Origin: an uncultured Methanosarcinales archaeon
GTDB lineage: Archaea > Nanobdellota > Nanobdellia > Woesearchaeales > JAGVZT01
Direction of reading: 5' to 3'
Assembly (NCBI GenBank): GCA_964419615.1
Contig: CAYQPU010000027.1
Location: 1-23,675, forward strand
DNA: 23,675 nucleotides
Shown: positions 14,366 through 22,428 of the stretch, piece after piece
How the letters are laid out: each line of letters starts with the position of its first letter
Position numbering within the stretch: position 1 is the first letter of the stretch
Program-made: the position numbers and the translations under genes
Notes under the pieces: model-generated
What the model was told of the DNA's origin: nothing
Seen by the model: the letters and a program-made list of their open reading frames with translations, nothing else
The model's database searches: none

Positions 14366-16453
14366 TCAATAAACCACAATGTCTGATTCTTGCTCTAGCT
14401 TGATCGATTTTACTGAGCTCAAATCTTCAAGTTCATTGATTCTTAGCAAGCTTGGAGATTTTGTATAAAGTAGTTCTTCAATGTACAAGCTTCGCTCAAC
14501 ACTTGGGCTGTAGTATCTTCCTTTGCTTTGAGAATGATCTATTAATCCTCTTAGTTCAATGTTATCTTTTGATATGCTAAATACAAATGCTCCATTGTAC
14601 CCTTCATCTTCTCTATAATTATAACTATAAGCTGGAATTACCAAAAGCTCTTTTTCTTTTGAAAACAAGAATGCTTTGTGTTCATACATTGCCGAGGAAC
14701 TTGCGTATCTTTCCTCTGTTACAAACTTGGCTACTTCTTTTGGGTTTTCTACATCTGTTACATCAAATAAGGATATTTTAAGTCCAGTTGTTCTGCCTGT
14801 TTCTGTTGCTTCTTGTCCAAGACCAATGATTGTGTTATCATCATATGGGTGAAGGTATCTTGAAAATCCAGGAATTTTTAGTTCTCCTAACTCTTCAATG
14901 TCTGTTGGATCACTCAAGTCAATCACAAAGAATGGATCAACTTGCCTGAATGTCACCATATAGAGTCTGTCTCCCATGAATCTAGTTGAGTAGATTCTTT
15001 CTCCTGGTGCAAGTTTTTCTAATTCGCCAATTATTTTCATGTTATTATTTAATGCATAGATGTTGTTTGTTGACTCAGTTCTTTCACCATCAAATCTTGA
15101 CCATCTAGCATTGATTGTGGTTGCTATTCTAAATGTCCCCTCATTTTCATCCATTGAAAATTGGTTTATTATCTGACCTGGAACTTTACCGTTTTCAGCT
15201 ACATCAACATCTCCATTATCAATCTCAATCTTATTGACAACTGTAAATTCTAGATGTTCATATTCTTCTAGTTTCTTTTTTAACATTGTTTCTGCTTTAT
15301 CTGTTAGTTCATCTTGTTCGTCTTCGTCTAAGATATAAACATATGATTCATAGATTTGCATGATTTTTTGCTGCTTTTCATATTGACCTAGAACTTCATT
15401 GTCTGTTGCTTTTATCTTCTCAACCAATTGTTTGTCAGCATCTGTCAAATGTTTTTGCATTAAGTCCATTATAATCTCTTGCTGAAGCTCATATTCATTG
15501 ATTTGTTCTGTATATGTGATGTACATGTTGTTTTCTGACATGTACAAATTTTGTCCGTACTCAACTGCAACTGCTGCTGAATCAACTGCTTCATTGTCAT
15601 CAATATCCACAGAATAAACTGTTACTAGTTGAGGATTTCTATAAGGTATATTGTAATAATGTATGTCTGAGATTGGCATAGCAATTTTTTGACTGTTTTC
15701 AATCATCAGAGGTGTTGGAAATACATCTCTTTGATAGGGTGTTGTTCTAACAACTATATACATGTCTTCATTAATCATTCTTGAATTAAAGTAAGATCCT
15801 TCAAATTTGAATTCTTTTACCAGCTCTGGTTCAGATTTATCACTGATGTCATATATGTTTAAGTAGGTCATGCCATATCTTGGCCTAAAGTCAATTTCCT
15901 TAAAATACTCTAAATCATTAAATTCTCCAAAAACAGCCAGTTTATCTTCTTTGATGAACATACCTGTTGGTCTGTTATCTAGTTTTTCAGAGTAGACAAT
16001 TTCTGCATCATCACCAGGGTATGCTTTTACAATAAATAATGTACTTGCAGATATCGTGTATATGTATTCTCCATCTGTTTTTATTATATCTCCTTCATCA
16101 ACATTTGCAACTTGAACATTTGTTTGAGAATAGTCAGATCCTCCTCCACCGCTTGCTTTTGGTGCTGATTCAGATACTGCCATGTCCATTAAGACTTCAC
16201 TTGAAGATCCAAAAGTTCTTGCCCCATAATAACCATAATCTTGACCAACACTATTTACAATAAAAGTTTGGTATTCTTCTATTGTACTAAATTGTTTTGT
16301 AACTACTGCTTTGTCTGGGTCAAAAGACACATATGAATATGTTCCCGCGCCCACTGTCACCGGTTTTTGCACTAATCCAGTTATTACTACTGCTGCCGCA
16401 AATACTAAACAAATTATATTAAATATTACAAATGTTTTTTCTGATATTTTCAT
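14366..16453 (-). CDS. Membrane-anchored secreted beta-propeller domain protein (COG4880 / Beta_propel family)
   Basis: DYSQTNVQVANVDEGDIIKTDGEYIY, QFSMDENEGTFRIATT and LAPGERIYSTRFMGDRLYMVTFRQVDPFFVIDLSDP...GELKIPGFSRYLHP are hallmark motifs. N-terminal TM; SD AGGTGA upstream. Confidence 0.9.
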   Translation of the reverse strand: MKISEKTFVIFNIICLVFAAAVVITGLVQKPVTVGAGTYSYVSFDPDKAVVTKQFSTIEEYQTFIVNSVGQDYGYYGARTFGSSSEVLMDMAVSESAPKASGGGGSDYSQTNVQVANVDEGDIIKTDGEYIYTISASTLFIVKAYPGDDAEIVYSEKLDNRPTGMFIKEDKLAVFGEFNDLEYFKEIDFRPRYGMTYLNIYDISDKSEPELVKEFKFEGSYFNSRMINEDMYIVVRTTPYQRDVFPTPLMIENSQKIAMPISDIHYYNIPYRNPQLVTVYSVDIDDNEAVDSAAVAVEYGQNLYMSENNMYITYTEQINEYELQQEIIMDLMQKHLTDADKQLVEKIKATDNEVLGQYEKQQKIMQIYESYVYILDEDEQDELTDKAETMLKKKLEEYEHLEFTVVNKIEIDNGDVDVAENGKVPGQIINQFSMDENEGTFRIATTINARWSRFDGERTESTNNIYALNNNMKIIGELEKLAPGERIYSTRFMGDRLYMVTFRQVDPFFVIDLSDPTDIEELGELKIPGFSRYLHPYDDNTIIGLGQEATETGRTTGLKISLFDVTDVENPKEVAKFVTEERYASSSAMYEHKAFLFSKEKELLVIPAYSYNYREDEGYNGAFVFSISKDNIELRGLIDHSQSKGRYYSPSVERSLYIEELLYTKSPSLLRINELEDLSSVKSIKLEQESDIVVY

Positions 16454-16539
16454 TTAAATCACCTGCTTTTTTGGTAGATAGCTCTTTTTAATATAGTTTT
16501 TCAAAGGTTTAATCTGAGTTGAAGTTATTATGTTGTTAA

Positions 16540-16863
16540 CTATGGTTTAAATTCCTCTCCAGCTGTTTTTAGTAAGGAATTTACATCAGTTTTTGTGGTT
16601 AGAGTTCCCTTATGACCACAATAAGGACATTCTGAAATTCTCTGGCTTTCTTTCCTTGCAAACTTAAAGTTACATTTTATACAATAATATCTTATAGTTT
16701 GTTCATCTTCAGCTTTTGTTTGGGGTTTTGTTGATCCAGATTTTCTATCCAAGCAATTCATACATACTATATTATTTGGATTTGAAGGGTCATACCTCAT
16801 CTCATTTGTGAGATATTTGTCTCCACATTTGAAGCATTTGATTTTGATTTCTTTATTTTCCAT
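16540..16863 (-). CDS. Double zinc-ribbon hypothetical protein
   Basis: Four CxxC pairs (CFKC, CMNC, CIKC, CPYC). Start moved to ATG 16863 because of SD AGGTGA at 16874-16869. Confidence 0.72.
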   Translation of the reverse strand: MENKEIKIKCFKCGDKYLTNEMRYDPSNPNNIVCMNCLDRKSGSTKPQTKAEDEQTIRYYCIKCNFKFARKESQRISECPYCGHKGTLTTKTDVNSLLKTAGEEFKP

Positions 16864-16940
16864 AAGTATCACCTAAATTTGTTATTAATATTTGGATATT
16901 TATTTTTGTTGTTTTTAATATAATCTCTTTTTCAGTAAGA

Positions 16941-16948
16941 TTTATATA
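16941..16948 (+). promoter_or_regulatory. TATA box of gatDE operon
   Basis: TTTATATA 22 nt upstream of gatD ATG 16971. Confidence 0.6.
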
Positions 16949-16970
16949 ACTTTTAAAAGATAATTAGGGT

Positions 16971-18287
16971 ATGAAACCAGGAGATCATGTTGAGGTTAAG
17001 CTTAAAAAAGAGATTATTAAAGGAATTCTAATGCCTCAGGAAGGAGAGTCTGTCATTATTAAGCTTAAAAATGGATATAATATGGGAATTAATAAGAGCA
17101 GAATTATAGATATTAAAAGAATTAAAGCTGGAGAGGAGATGGGAAAAATCAAGACTAAAAAATTAAAGCAGGATAAGAAGCTTCCAAATGTAACTTTTAT
17201 TGCAACAGGAGGTACTATTGGAACTCATGTTGATTATGAGACTGGCGCTGTTTTCATGTGCCGTACTCCTGAAGAGATTTTGGCAACTACTCCCAAATTA
17301 GGGGAGATTATCAATATTAAAACACTTTCTCCATTTACCACAGCAAGTGAAGATATGTCTATTGAGAATTGGCAAGAACTTGCTAAATTAATCGCTGATG
17401 AATTGAATTCAGGAGCAGAAGGAATTATTTTAACACATGGAACTGATACTCTTCATTTCACAAGTGCTGCGTTATCTTTTATGTTGGAAAATTTAAACAA
17501 GCCTGTTGCATTAGTTGGTGCACAGCGTTCTCCAGATAGAGGTGGTTTTGATGGATATCAAAATTTACTTTGTGCAGCACATTATTGTAAATCTGATATT
17601 GCTGAAGTGGCAATTGTTATGCATGGAACTACTGAAGATAAATATTGTTTAGCGAGTAGAGGTGTTAAATCAAGAAAGATGCACACCTCAAGAAGAGATG
17701 CATTTAGACCTATAAATGAACTTCCTTTAGCAAAAATATGGCAAGAAGGTAAAATAAAGATTTTTAATAAGAATCATAAAAAAATAACTGATACTAAGAA
17801 AAAGGTTGTTGCAAACACTAAGTTTGAAAAAAAGGTTGCAATTGTGAAAGCTTATTCTGGTTCAGACCCAGGAGTTATTGATTGGTATATTAAAAAAGGT
17901 TATAGAGGGATTGTTATAGAAGGAACTGCGCTAGGTCATGTCCCAACAGGAGAATCAGGTACAAAAGCAGGGAGTTTTGATAAGAAAATGTCTTGGATTC
18001 CTTATATTAAGAAAGCAATCAAAGCAGGTATTGTGGTTGTGATGGCATCAACTTGTCTTTATGGTAGGATTCACCCATTTGTTTATAGAAATCTAAGACT
18101 TGCACATGACACTGGAATGGTTTATGGTGATGAATTGCCAAGTGATATGCTTCCAGAAGTAGCTTATATTAAACTAGCATGGGTTTTAGGACAGACAAAA
18201 AATCCAGAAAAAGCAAAACAGATGATGATTAAAAATATTTGTGGGGAGATAACAGAAAGAAGTGATGCTGAATCTTTCTTGTATTAA
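16971..18287 (+). CDS. gatD: Glu-tRNA(Gln) amidotransferase subunit D
   Basis: GatD N-terminal domain (KLKNGYNMG) plus asparaginase-like TGGTI, HGTDT, GAQRSPDR and KMHTSRRDAF motifs; adjacent to gatE. Confidence 0.96.
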   Translation: MKPGDHVEVKLKKEIIKGILMPQEGESVIIKLKNGYNMGINKSRIIDIKRIKAGEEMGKIKTKKLKQDKKLPNVTFIATGGTIGTHVDYETGAVFMCRTPEEILATTPKLGEIINIKTLSPFTTASEDMSIENWQELAKLIADELNSGAEGIILTHGTDTLHFTSAALSFMLENLNKPVALVGAQRSPDRGGFDGYQNLLCAAHYCKSDIAEVAIVMHGTTEDKYCLASRGVKSRKMHTSRRDAFRPINELPLAKIWQEGKIKIFNKNHKKITDTKKKVVANTKFEKKVAIVKAYSGSDPGVIDWYIKKGYRGIVIEGTALGHVPTGESGTKAGSFDKKMSWIPYIKKAIKAGIVVVMASTCLYGRIHPFVYRNLRLAHDTGMVYGDELPSDMLPEVAYIKLAWVLGQTKNPEKAKQMMIKNICGEITERSDAESFLY

Positions 18288-18288
18288 A

Positions 18289-19701
18289 ATGGATTATAAA
18301 AAACTTGGATTCAAATGTGGGATTGAGATTCATCAGCAGCTAGACACACATAAATTGTTTTGTGAATGTCCAAGTAAGATTGTTGATGATAAACCAGATA
18401 AAATTATTAAAAGATATATTCGTGCTGCTGCAGGTGAAACTGGAGAGATTGATGTTGCTGCAAAGCATGAAATGACAAAGAAAAAATATTTTGAGTATTA
18501 TTATTATAATGAGTCTTCTTGTTTGGTTGAGCTTGATGAAGAGCCACCTCATCCAATTAATGATGAGGCATTAAAGATAGCTTTGGTTATTGCTAAATTG
18601 CTTAATGCTGATATTGTTGATGAAATTCAGGTTATGAGAAAGACCATTGTTGATGGATCTAATACTTCTGCTTTTCAGAGAACTGCTTTGATTGCTCGTA
18701 ATGGTTTTATTGAGACATCCAAAGGTAAAGTTGGTATTGATCTTATTTGTTTGGAAGAGGATGCTGCAAAGATTGTGAAAAGATCAAAGAGTCATGATGT
18801 TTATAATATTTCAAGATTAGGAATTCCTTTGGTTGAGATTGCTACTGATGCAAGTATTAAAGATCCTTTGCATGCTAAAGAAGTTGCATCAAAGCTAGGG
18901 ATGATTTTGAGGTCTACAAAGGTTAAGAGAGGACTTGGTACAATTAGGCAGGATGTTAACTTGTCAATTAAAGGAGGAGCAAGGACAGAGATAAAAGGTT
19001 TTCAGGATCTTAAATCAATGCCAAAGATAATGGATAAGGAGATTGAAAGGCAACTTAGATTGATTAAGCAAGGTAAAAAGGTTTCAAAGGATGTTAGAAA
19101 GGCTGAGGCTGACCTTTCAACAAAGTTTTTAAGGCCAATTCCTGGTTCTGCAAGAATGTACCCTGAGACAGATGTACCTCCTATTAAACCAGATATTAAG
19201 AATATTAAGATTCCAAAGTTGATTACTGAGAAAGTTGAAGATCTAAAAAAGATTGGGATTAGTAAAGAGATTGCATCAACACTTGTGAAAGAGCAAAAAC
19301 TTGAGTTGTTTAAAGAGTTTAAGAAATTCAAAAACATTGAGCCTAAGTTTATTGCAGCAACTTTGATTAATTCTCCAAAAGAGATTAAGAAGAGGTATAA
19401 TATTGAACCTAAGTTTGACCACAAGGTTTTATCTGAGTTGTTTAGAGCTTTGGATAAAGGCAAGATTGCCAAAGAAGCGGTATTTGAGATTTTAGTTGAG
19501 GTTTCTCAAGGAAAAAATTTAGAGATTGGAAAATATGAGTTATTATCTGATAAGGAACTTGAAAAAGAGATTAAGAAAATAGTTACATCTAAACCGGATC
19601 TTCCAATGGGTGCTTTAATGGGTATTGCAATGAAAAAGTTTAGAGGCAAAGCTGATGGAAAGAAAATTGCTGAGGTTATTAATAAATGGAAACAAAAATA
19701 A
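18289..19701 (+). CDS. gatE: Glu-tRNA(Gln) amidotransferase subunit E (short form, 470 aa)
   Basis: GFKCGIEIHQQL, RKTIVDGSNTSAFQRT, RLGIPLVEIAT, RGLGTIRQDVN and RPIPGSARMYPETD. Start moved to ATG 18289, 1 bp after the gatD stop. Confidence 0.94.
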   Translation: MDYKKLGFKCGIEIHQQLDTHKLFCECPSKIVDDKPDKIIKRYIRAAAGETGEIDVAAKHEMTKKKYFEYYYYNESSCLVELDEEPPHPINDEALKIALVIAKLLNADIVDEIQVMRKTIVDGSNTSAFQRTALIARNGFIETSKGKVGIDLICLEEDAAKIVKRSKSHDVYNISRLGIPLVEIATDASIKDPLHAKEVASKLGMILRSTKVKRGLGTIRQDVNLSIKGGARTEIKGFQDLKSMPKIMDKEIERQLRLIKQGKKVSKDVRKAEADLSTKFLRPIPGSARMYPETDVPPIKPDIKNIKIPKLITEKVEDLKKIGISKEIASTLVKEQKLELFKEFKKFKNIEPKFIAATLINSPKEIKKRYNIEPKFDHKVLSELFRALDKGKIAKEAVFEILVEVSQGKNLEIGKYELLSDKELEKEIKKIVTSKPDLPMGALMGIAMKKFRGKADGKKIAEVINKWKQK

Positions 19702-20069
19702 AAAAGGAGTTGTTGTCTGAGCTTGTGTTGTTTGTTTTTGCTGTGTTTACAATTATTTTATTTAAGGGTCATAATCTGATGGTAATTGTACTTTTAATTA
19801 TTGGTTGGATTTTGGCCTTACAAATATGGCATACAAGAGAAGATATAATGTTATTTGTTGTGGCTGGAATTTGCGGACCTATTGCTGAGATTATTGCTAT
19901 CCACTACGGAATATGGCAGTATGCTCATCCTGATTTTTTAGGTATTCCTATTTGGCTGTTTCCTCTGTGGGGTTATGCTAGTGTTTTTTTGAATAGATTT
20001 TCAAATACTCTTCTTTATTTTTATGATAAGTGGAATAAAGCTAAGAAAAAGAAGAGAAAAAAGAAATGA
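19686..20069 (+). CDS. Small integral membrane protein with GxWxY...LGIPxW motif (DUF2878-like)
   Basis: Three to four hydrophobic helices; motif EIIAIHYGIWQYAHPDFLGIPIWLFPLWG. Overlaps gatE by 16 bp and the downstream gene by 4 bp. Family call is tentative. Confidence 0.6.
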   Translation: METKIKKELLSELVLFVFAVFTIILFKGHNLMVIVLLIIGWILALQIWHTREDIMLFVVAGICGPIAEIIAIHYGIWQYAHPDFLGIPIWLFPLWGYASVFLNRFSNTLLYFYDKWNKAKKKKRKKK

Positions 20070-21109
20070 AATATGATACTATTATTGTAGGAGCTGGTCC
20101 TGCTGGGTTAAAATGTGCAGAAGTTCTTGCTAAGAATGGTAAAGAAGTTATTGTTTTTGAAAGGAAGAAGATAGTTGGAGACAAAGTTTGTGCAGGAGGA
20201 CTAACAGTAAAGGATTTAAACATTGGAATTCCTGAGAAACTATATCAAAGAAAAATTAAAAAGATTATTGTCCATACTCCGAAAAAGCAGGTTGTTATAG
20301 AGGAAGAAGAACCACTAATTGTTACTGTTGATAGAAAAGATCTGGGAAGATGGATGTGTGAGCAAGCAGAGGATGCTGGTGCTGTTGTTCAAACAAGTAA
20401 TAGTGTTACAGAAATCAAAAACAACAGTGTTATAGTAAATAATGATGATAAAATTGGTTTTAAATATCTTATTGGAGCTGAAGGATCTCACTCAATTGTT
20501 AGGAAATCTTTAAACCTGGACCTTGAAGATTTTGAAGAGGTTTTCCAATACAAAATTAATAAAGAATTTGAACATTTAGAATTATTTCTGGATCCTGATA
20601 AATTTGGAGCCTGCTATTTATACCAATTTCCGCATAAAGGTGTAACTTATTTTGGTACTGGTGCTGATTTGTCAAAATCAATTCATCAACCTGTTTTTGA
20701 TTTAAGTATTAAAAAGATAAGGAAAAACTTTGATTCTTGGTGTATGGATAGATTTGACATAAAAAAAGCACAGTTTCAAGCTGCCATTATTAGTTATGAT
20801 TACAAAGGTTTTGATTTTGGTAGCAAGTTTTTAATTGGAGATGCTGGAGGTTTTGCATCAGGAGCAACAGGTGAGGGAATTTACAATGCAATTGTGTCTG
20901 GTGAGGAAGTTGCTAAGAAAATACTAGACAACAAATACAAATGTCCAAAAATAAAACACATTCTAAAAGTAAAAAAGCTTGAGGAAGTTATGCTTAGAGA
21001 GCTTGAATTTAGTAAGAATTTAACTAAATTGGAACTGGATTTTGTAATTCGTTTGCTAAAGAGGAGATGGTTCAAGAGTTTTGCTGAAGACTTGTTAATG
21101 AAGAAATAA
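20066..21109 (+). CDS. Geranylgeranyl reductase-family FAD-dependent oxidoreductase
   Basis: GAGPAG dinucleotide-binding motif, KVCAGG, IGAEGSHS, YLYQFP (YxWxFP-like) and IGDAGGFASGATGEGIYNAIVSG. Confidence 0.85.
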   Translation: MKYDTIIVGAGPAGLKCAEVLAKNGKEVIVFERKKIVGDKVCAGGLTVKDLNIGIPEKLYQRKIKKIIVHTPKKQVVIEEEEPLIVTVDRKDLGRWMCEQAEDAGAVVQTSNSVTEIKNNSVIVNNDDKIGFKYLIGAEGSHSIVRKSLNLDLEDFEEVFQYKINKEFEHLELFLDPDKFGACYLYQFPHKGVTYFGTGADLSKSIHQPVFDLSIKKIRKNFDSWCMDRFDIKKAQFQAAIISYDYKGFDFGSKFLIGDAGGFASGATGEGIYNAIVSGEEVAKKILDNKYKCPKIKHILKVKKLEEVMLRELEFSKNLTKLELDFVIRLLKRRWFKSFAEDLLMKK

Positions 21110-21151
21110 CCAACAAAACATTTATAAACTTATTTTTATATTTTGTTTAAT

Positions 21152-21370
21152 ATGGGTCAAAGAGATATTGTAAGTCTTTTAAGAAAATCAAAAGGCAAAT
21201 GGCTTAATGCTAATGAGATTTCAAACAGGTTGAATGTTTCTATGGGCTCTGTGCTTGCATCACTTAGAAGGTTAAGAAAAGCAAATCTAATTATGTTTGA
21301 AAACCAGTTGACTAAAGTTGGTACTGTGTATAAGAAAATATTTGTGTACAGGTTTAAAGGAGAGAAGTAA
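21152..21370 (+). CDS. Small winged helix-turn-helix DNA-binding protein
   Basis: MGQRDIVSLLRKSKGKWLNANEISNRLNVSMGSVLASLRRLRKANLI has an HTH pattern. TATA TTTATAAA at 21121-21128, 23 nt before ATG 21152. Confidence 0.72.
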   Translation: MGQRDIVSLLRKSKGKWLNANEISNRLNVSMGSVLASLRRLRKANLIMFENQLTKVGTVYKKIFVYRFKGEK

Positions 21371-21371
21371 T

Positions 21372-22316
21372 ATGCTTATTTTGGATATTGTGCTATTAAT
21401 ATTGTCTTGTTTTGTTCTTGTTAAAAGCAGTAGTTTATTAGTAAAGGCATTGACCAAAGTATCTGGTTTTTTGGGTTTTAATGAATTTACTATTGGTTTT
21501 ATTATTATGGCAATTTCAACTTCTCTTCCTGAGTTGTTTGTTGGTATTACAGCGGCTCTTGAGAATAACCCTGCATTAGCTTTGGGCACTGTTATTGGGT
21601 CAAATATTTTGGACCTTACAATTGTTATTGGAATCGTAACTTTACTAGTTAAGAATATTAAAATAAAAAGTAAGCTTATCAAGAAGGATGTTTTATACAT
21701 GTTAGGTCTGGTTGTGCTTCCAGTCTTATTGATGCTGGATCAAAAATTAGGAAGAATTGATGGGGCTATTCTTTTGACTGTATTTATGCTTTACATTTGG
21801 CAGATGATCAAACAAGAGAGAAAGTTCCACAAAAAAATTGCAAAGGTCAAGAAGATTGAAGCTGTGAGATGGTTAGTGGTTGCTATTGTTAGCATATTTG
21901 TTTTGATGATTAGCGCGGATTTTGTGGTGCAATTTGGGACAAGTCTATCAATTGAATTACTTCTTCCTCCATTGTTAGTTGGTATATTCATTGTTTCGCT
22001 TGGAACAAGTTTACCTGAGTTAATTTTTGAAGCAAAAGCAGTTTTGGAAAAGCATGAAGAATTAGCAATTGGAGATTTGATTGGAAGTGTTATTACAAAT
22101 TCAACATTAGTATTGGGAGTAACGGCTTTAATTACTCCTATTCAAGCTGAGTTTTTATTGTTTTTTTCAGGAGCATTGTTTATGGTTTTAATTGCATTTA
22201 TTTTTATGACGTTTGCAGAATCTGATAAAGGTATTAGCTGGAAAGAAGGAGTATCATTAATTTTCCTTTACATATTTTTTGTAATAATTGAGGCTTATAT
22301 CAAGTCAATCTCTTGA
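21372..22316 (+). CDS. Na+/Ca2+ (CaCA family, YrbG/NCX_Mj-like) cation antiporter
   Basis: alpha-1 ISTSLPE...GSNILD and alpha-2 LGTSLPE...GSVITN repeats, about 10 TM. Start moved to ATG 21372. Confidence 0.9.
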   Translation: MLILDIVLLILSCFVLVKSSSLLVKALTKVSGFLGFNEFTIGFIIMAISTSLPELFVGITAALENNPALALGTVIGSNILDLTIVIGIVTLLVKNIKIKSKLIKKDVLYMLGLVVLPVLLMLDQKLGRIDGAILLTVFMLYIWQMIKQERKFHKKIAKVKKIEAVRWLVVAIVSIFVLMISADFVVQFGTSLSIELLLPPLLVGIFIVSLGTSLPELIFEAKAVLEKHEELAIGDLIGSVITNSTLVLGVTALITPIQAEFLLFFSGALFMVLIAFIFMTFAESDKGISWKEGVSLIFLYIFFVIIEAYIKSIS

Positions 22317-22341
22317 GGAAAGCATAGATCAAGGTTTTATT

Positions 22342-22377
22342 AAGTATTAAACCATTATAAAAATTATTTTAATACTT
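22342..22377. repeat. Perfect 10 bp inverted repeat with 16 nt spacer upstream of glmS
   Basis: AAGTATTAAA (22342-22351) and TTTAATACTT (22368-22377). Confidence 0.6.
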
Positions 22378-22428
22378 GTATTAATATTTTAGTTATACTT
22401 ATATATGAATACGCTTTTTGGAATAGAT

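Noticed and set aside
18289-19701. Calling the short amidotransferase subunit gatB
   Set aside because: Despite its GatB-like length, the motifs (EIHQQL, RGLGTIRQD, RMYPETD) and adjacency to gatD are GatE-type.
6509-21371. ORF-track N-terminal extensions (starts 6509, 7218, 8025, 12709, 16872, 18262, 21143, 21318; also 811)
   Set aside because: They run through promoters or upstream genes; downstream ATGs fit TATA/SD spacing and family N-termini better.
13179-21991. Remaining short overlapping ORFs (13179-13388, 14587-14781, 16039-16263, 18340-18552, 19002-19472, 20041-20223, 20881-21075, 21287-21700, 21791-21991)
   Set aside because: Alternate-frame or antisense to well-supported CDSs, with composition typical of shadow frames.
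22317-22428. glmS ribozyme upstream of glmS
   Set aside because: The 112 bp intergenic region is extremely AT-rich, lacks the multi-stem ribozyme core, and the transcript appears leaderless.
22405-22428. In-frame upstream ATG (22405) extending GlmS by 8 aa
   Set aside because: GlmS needs Cys as the mature N-terminal residue, and this ATG overlaps the TATA-like box.
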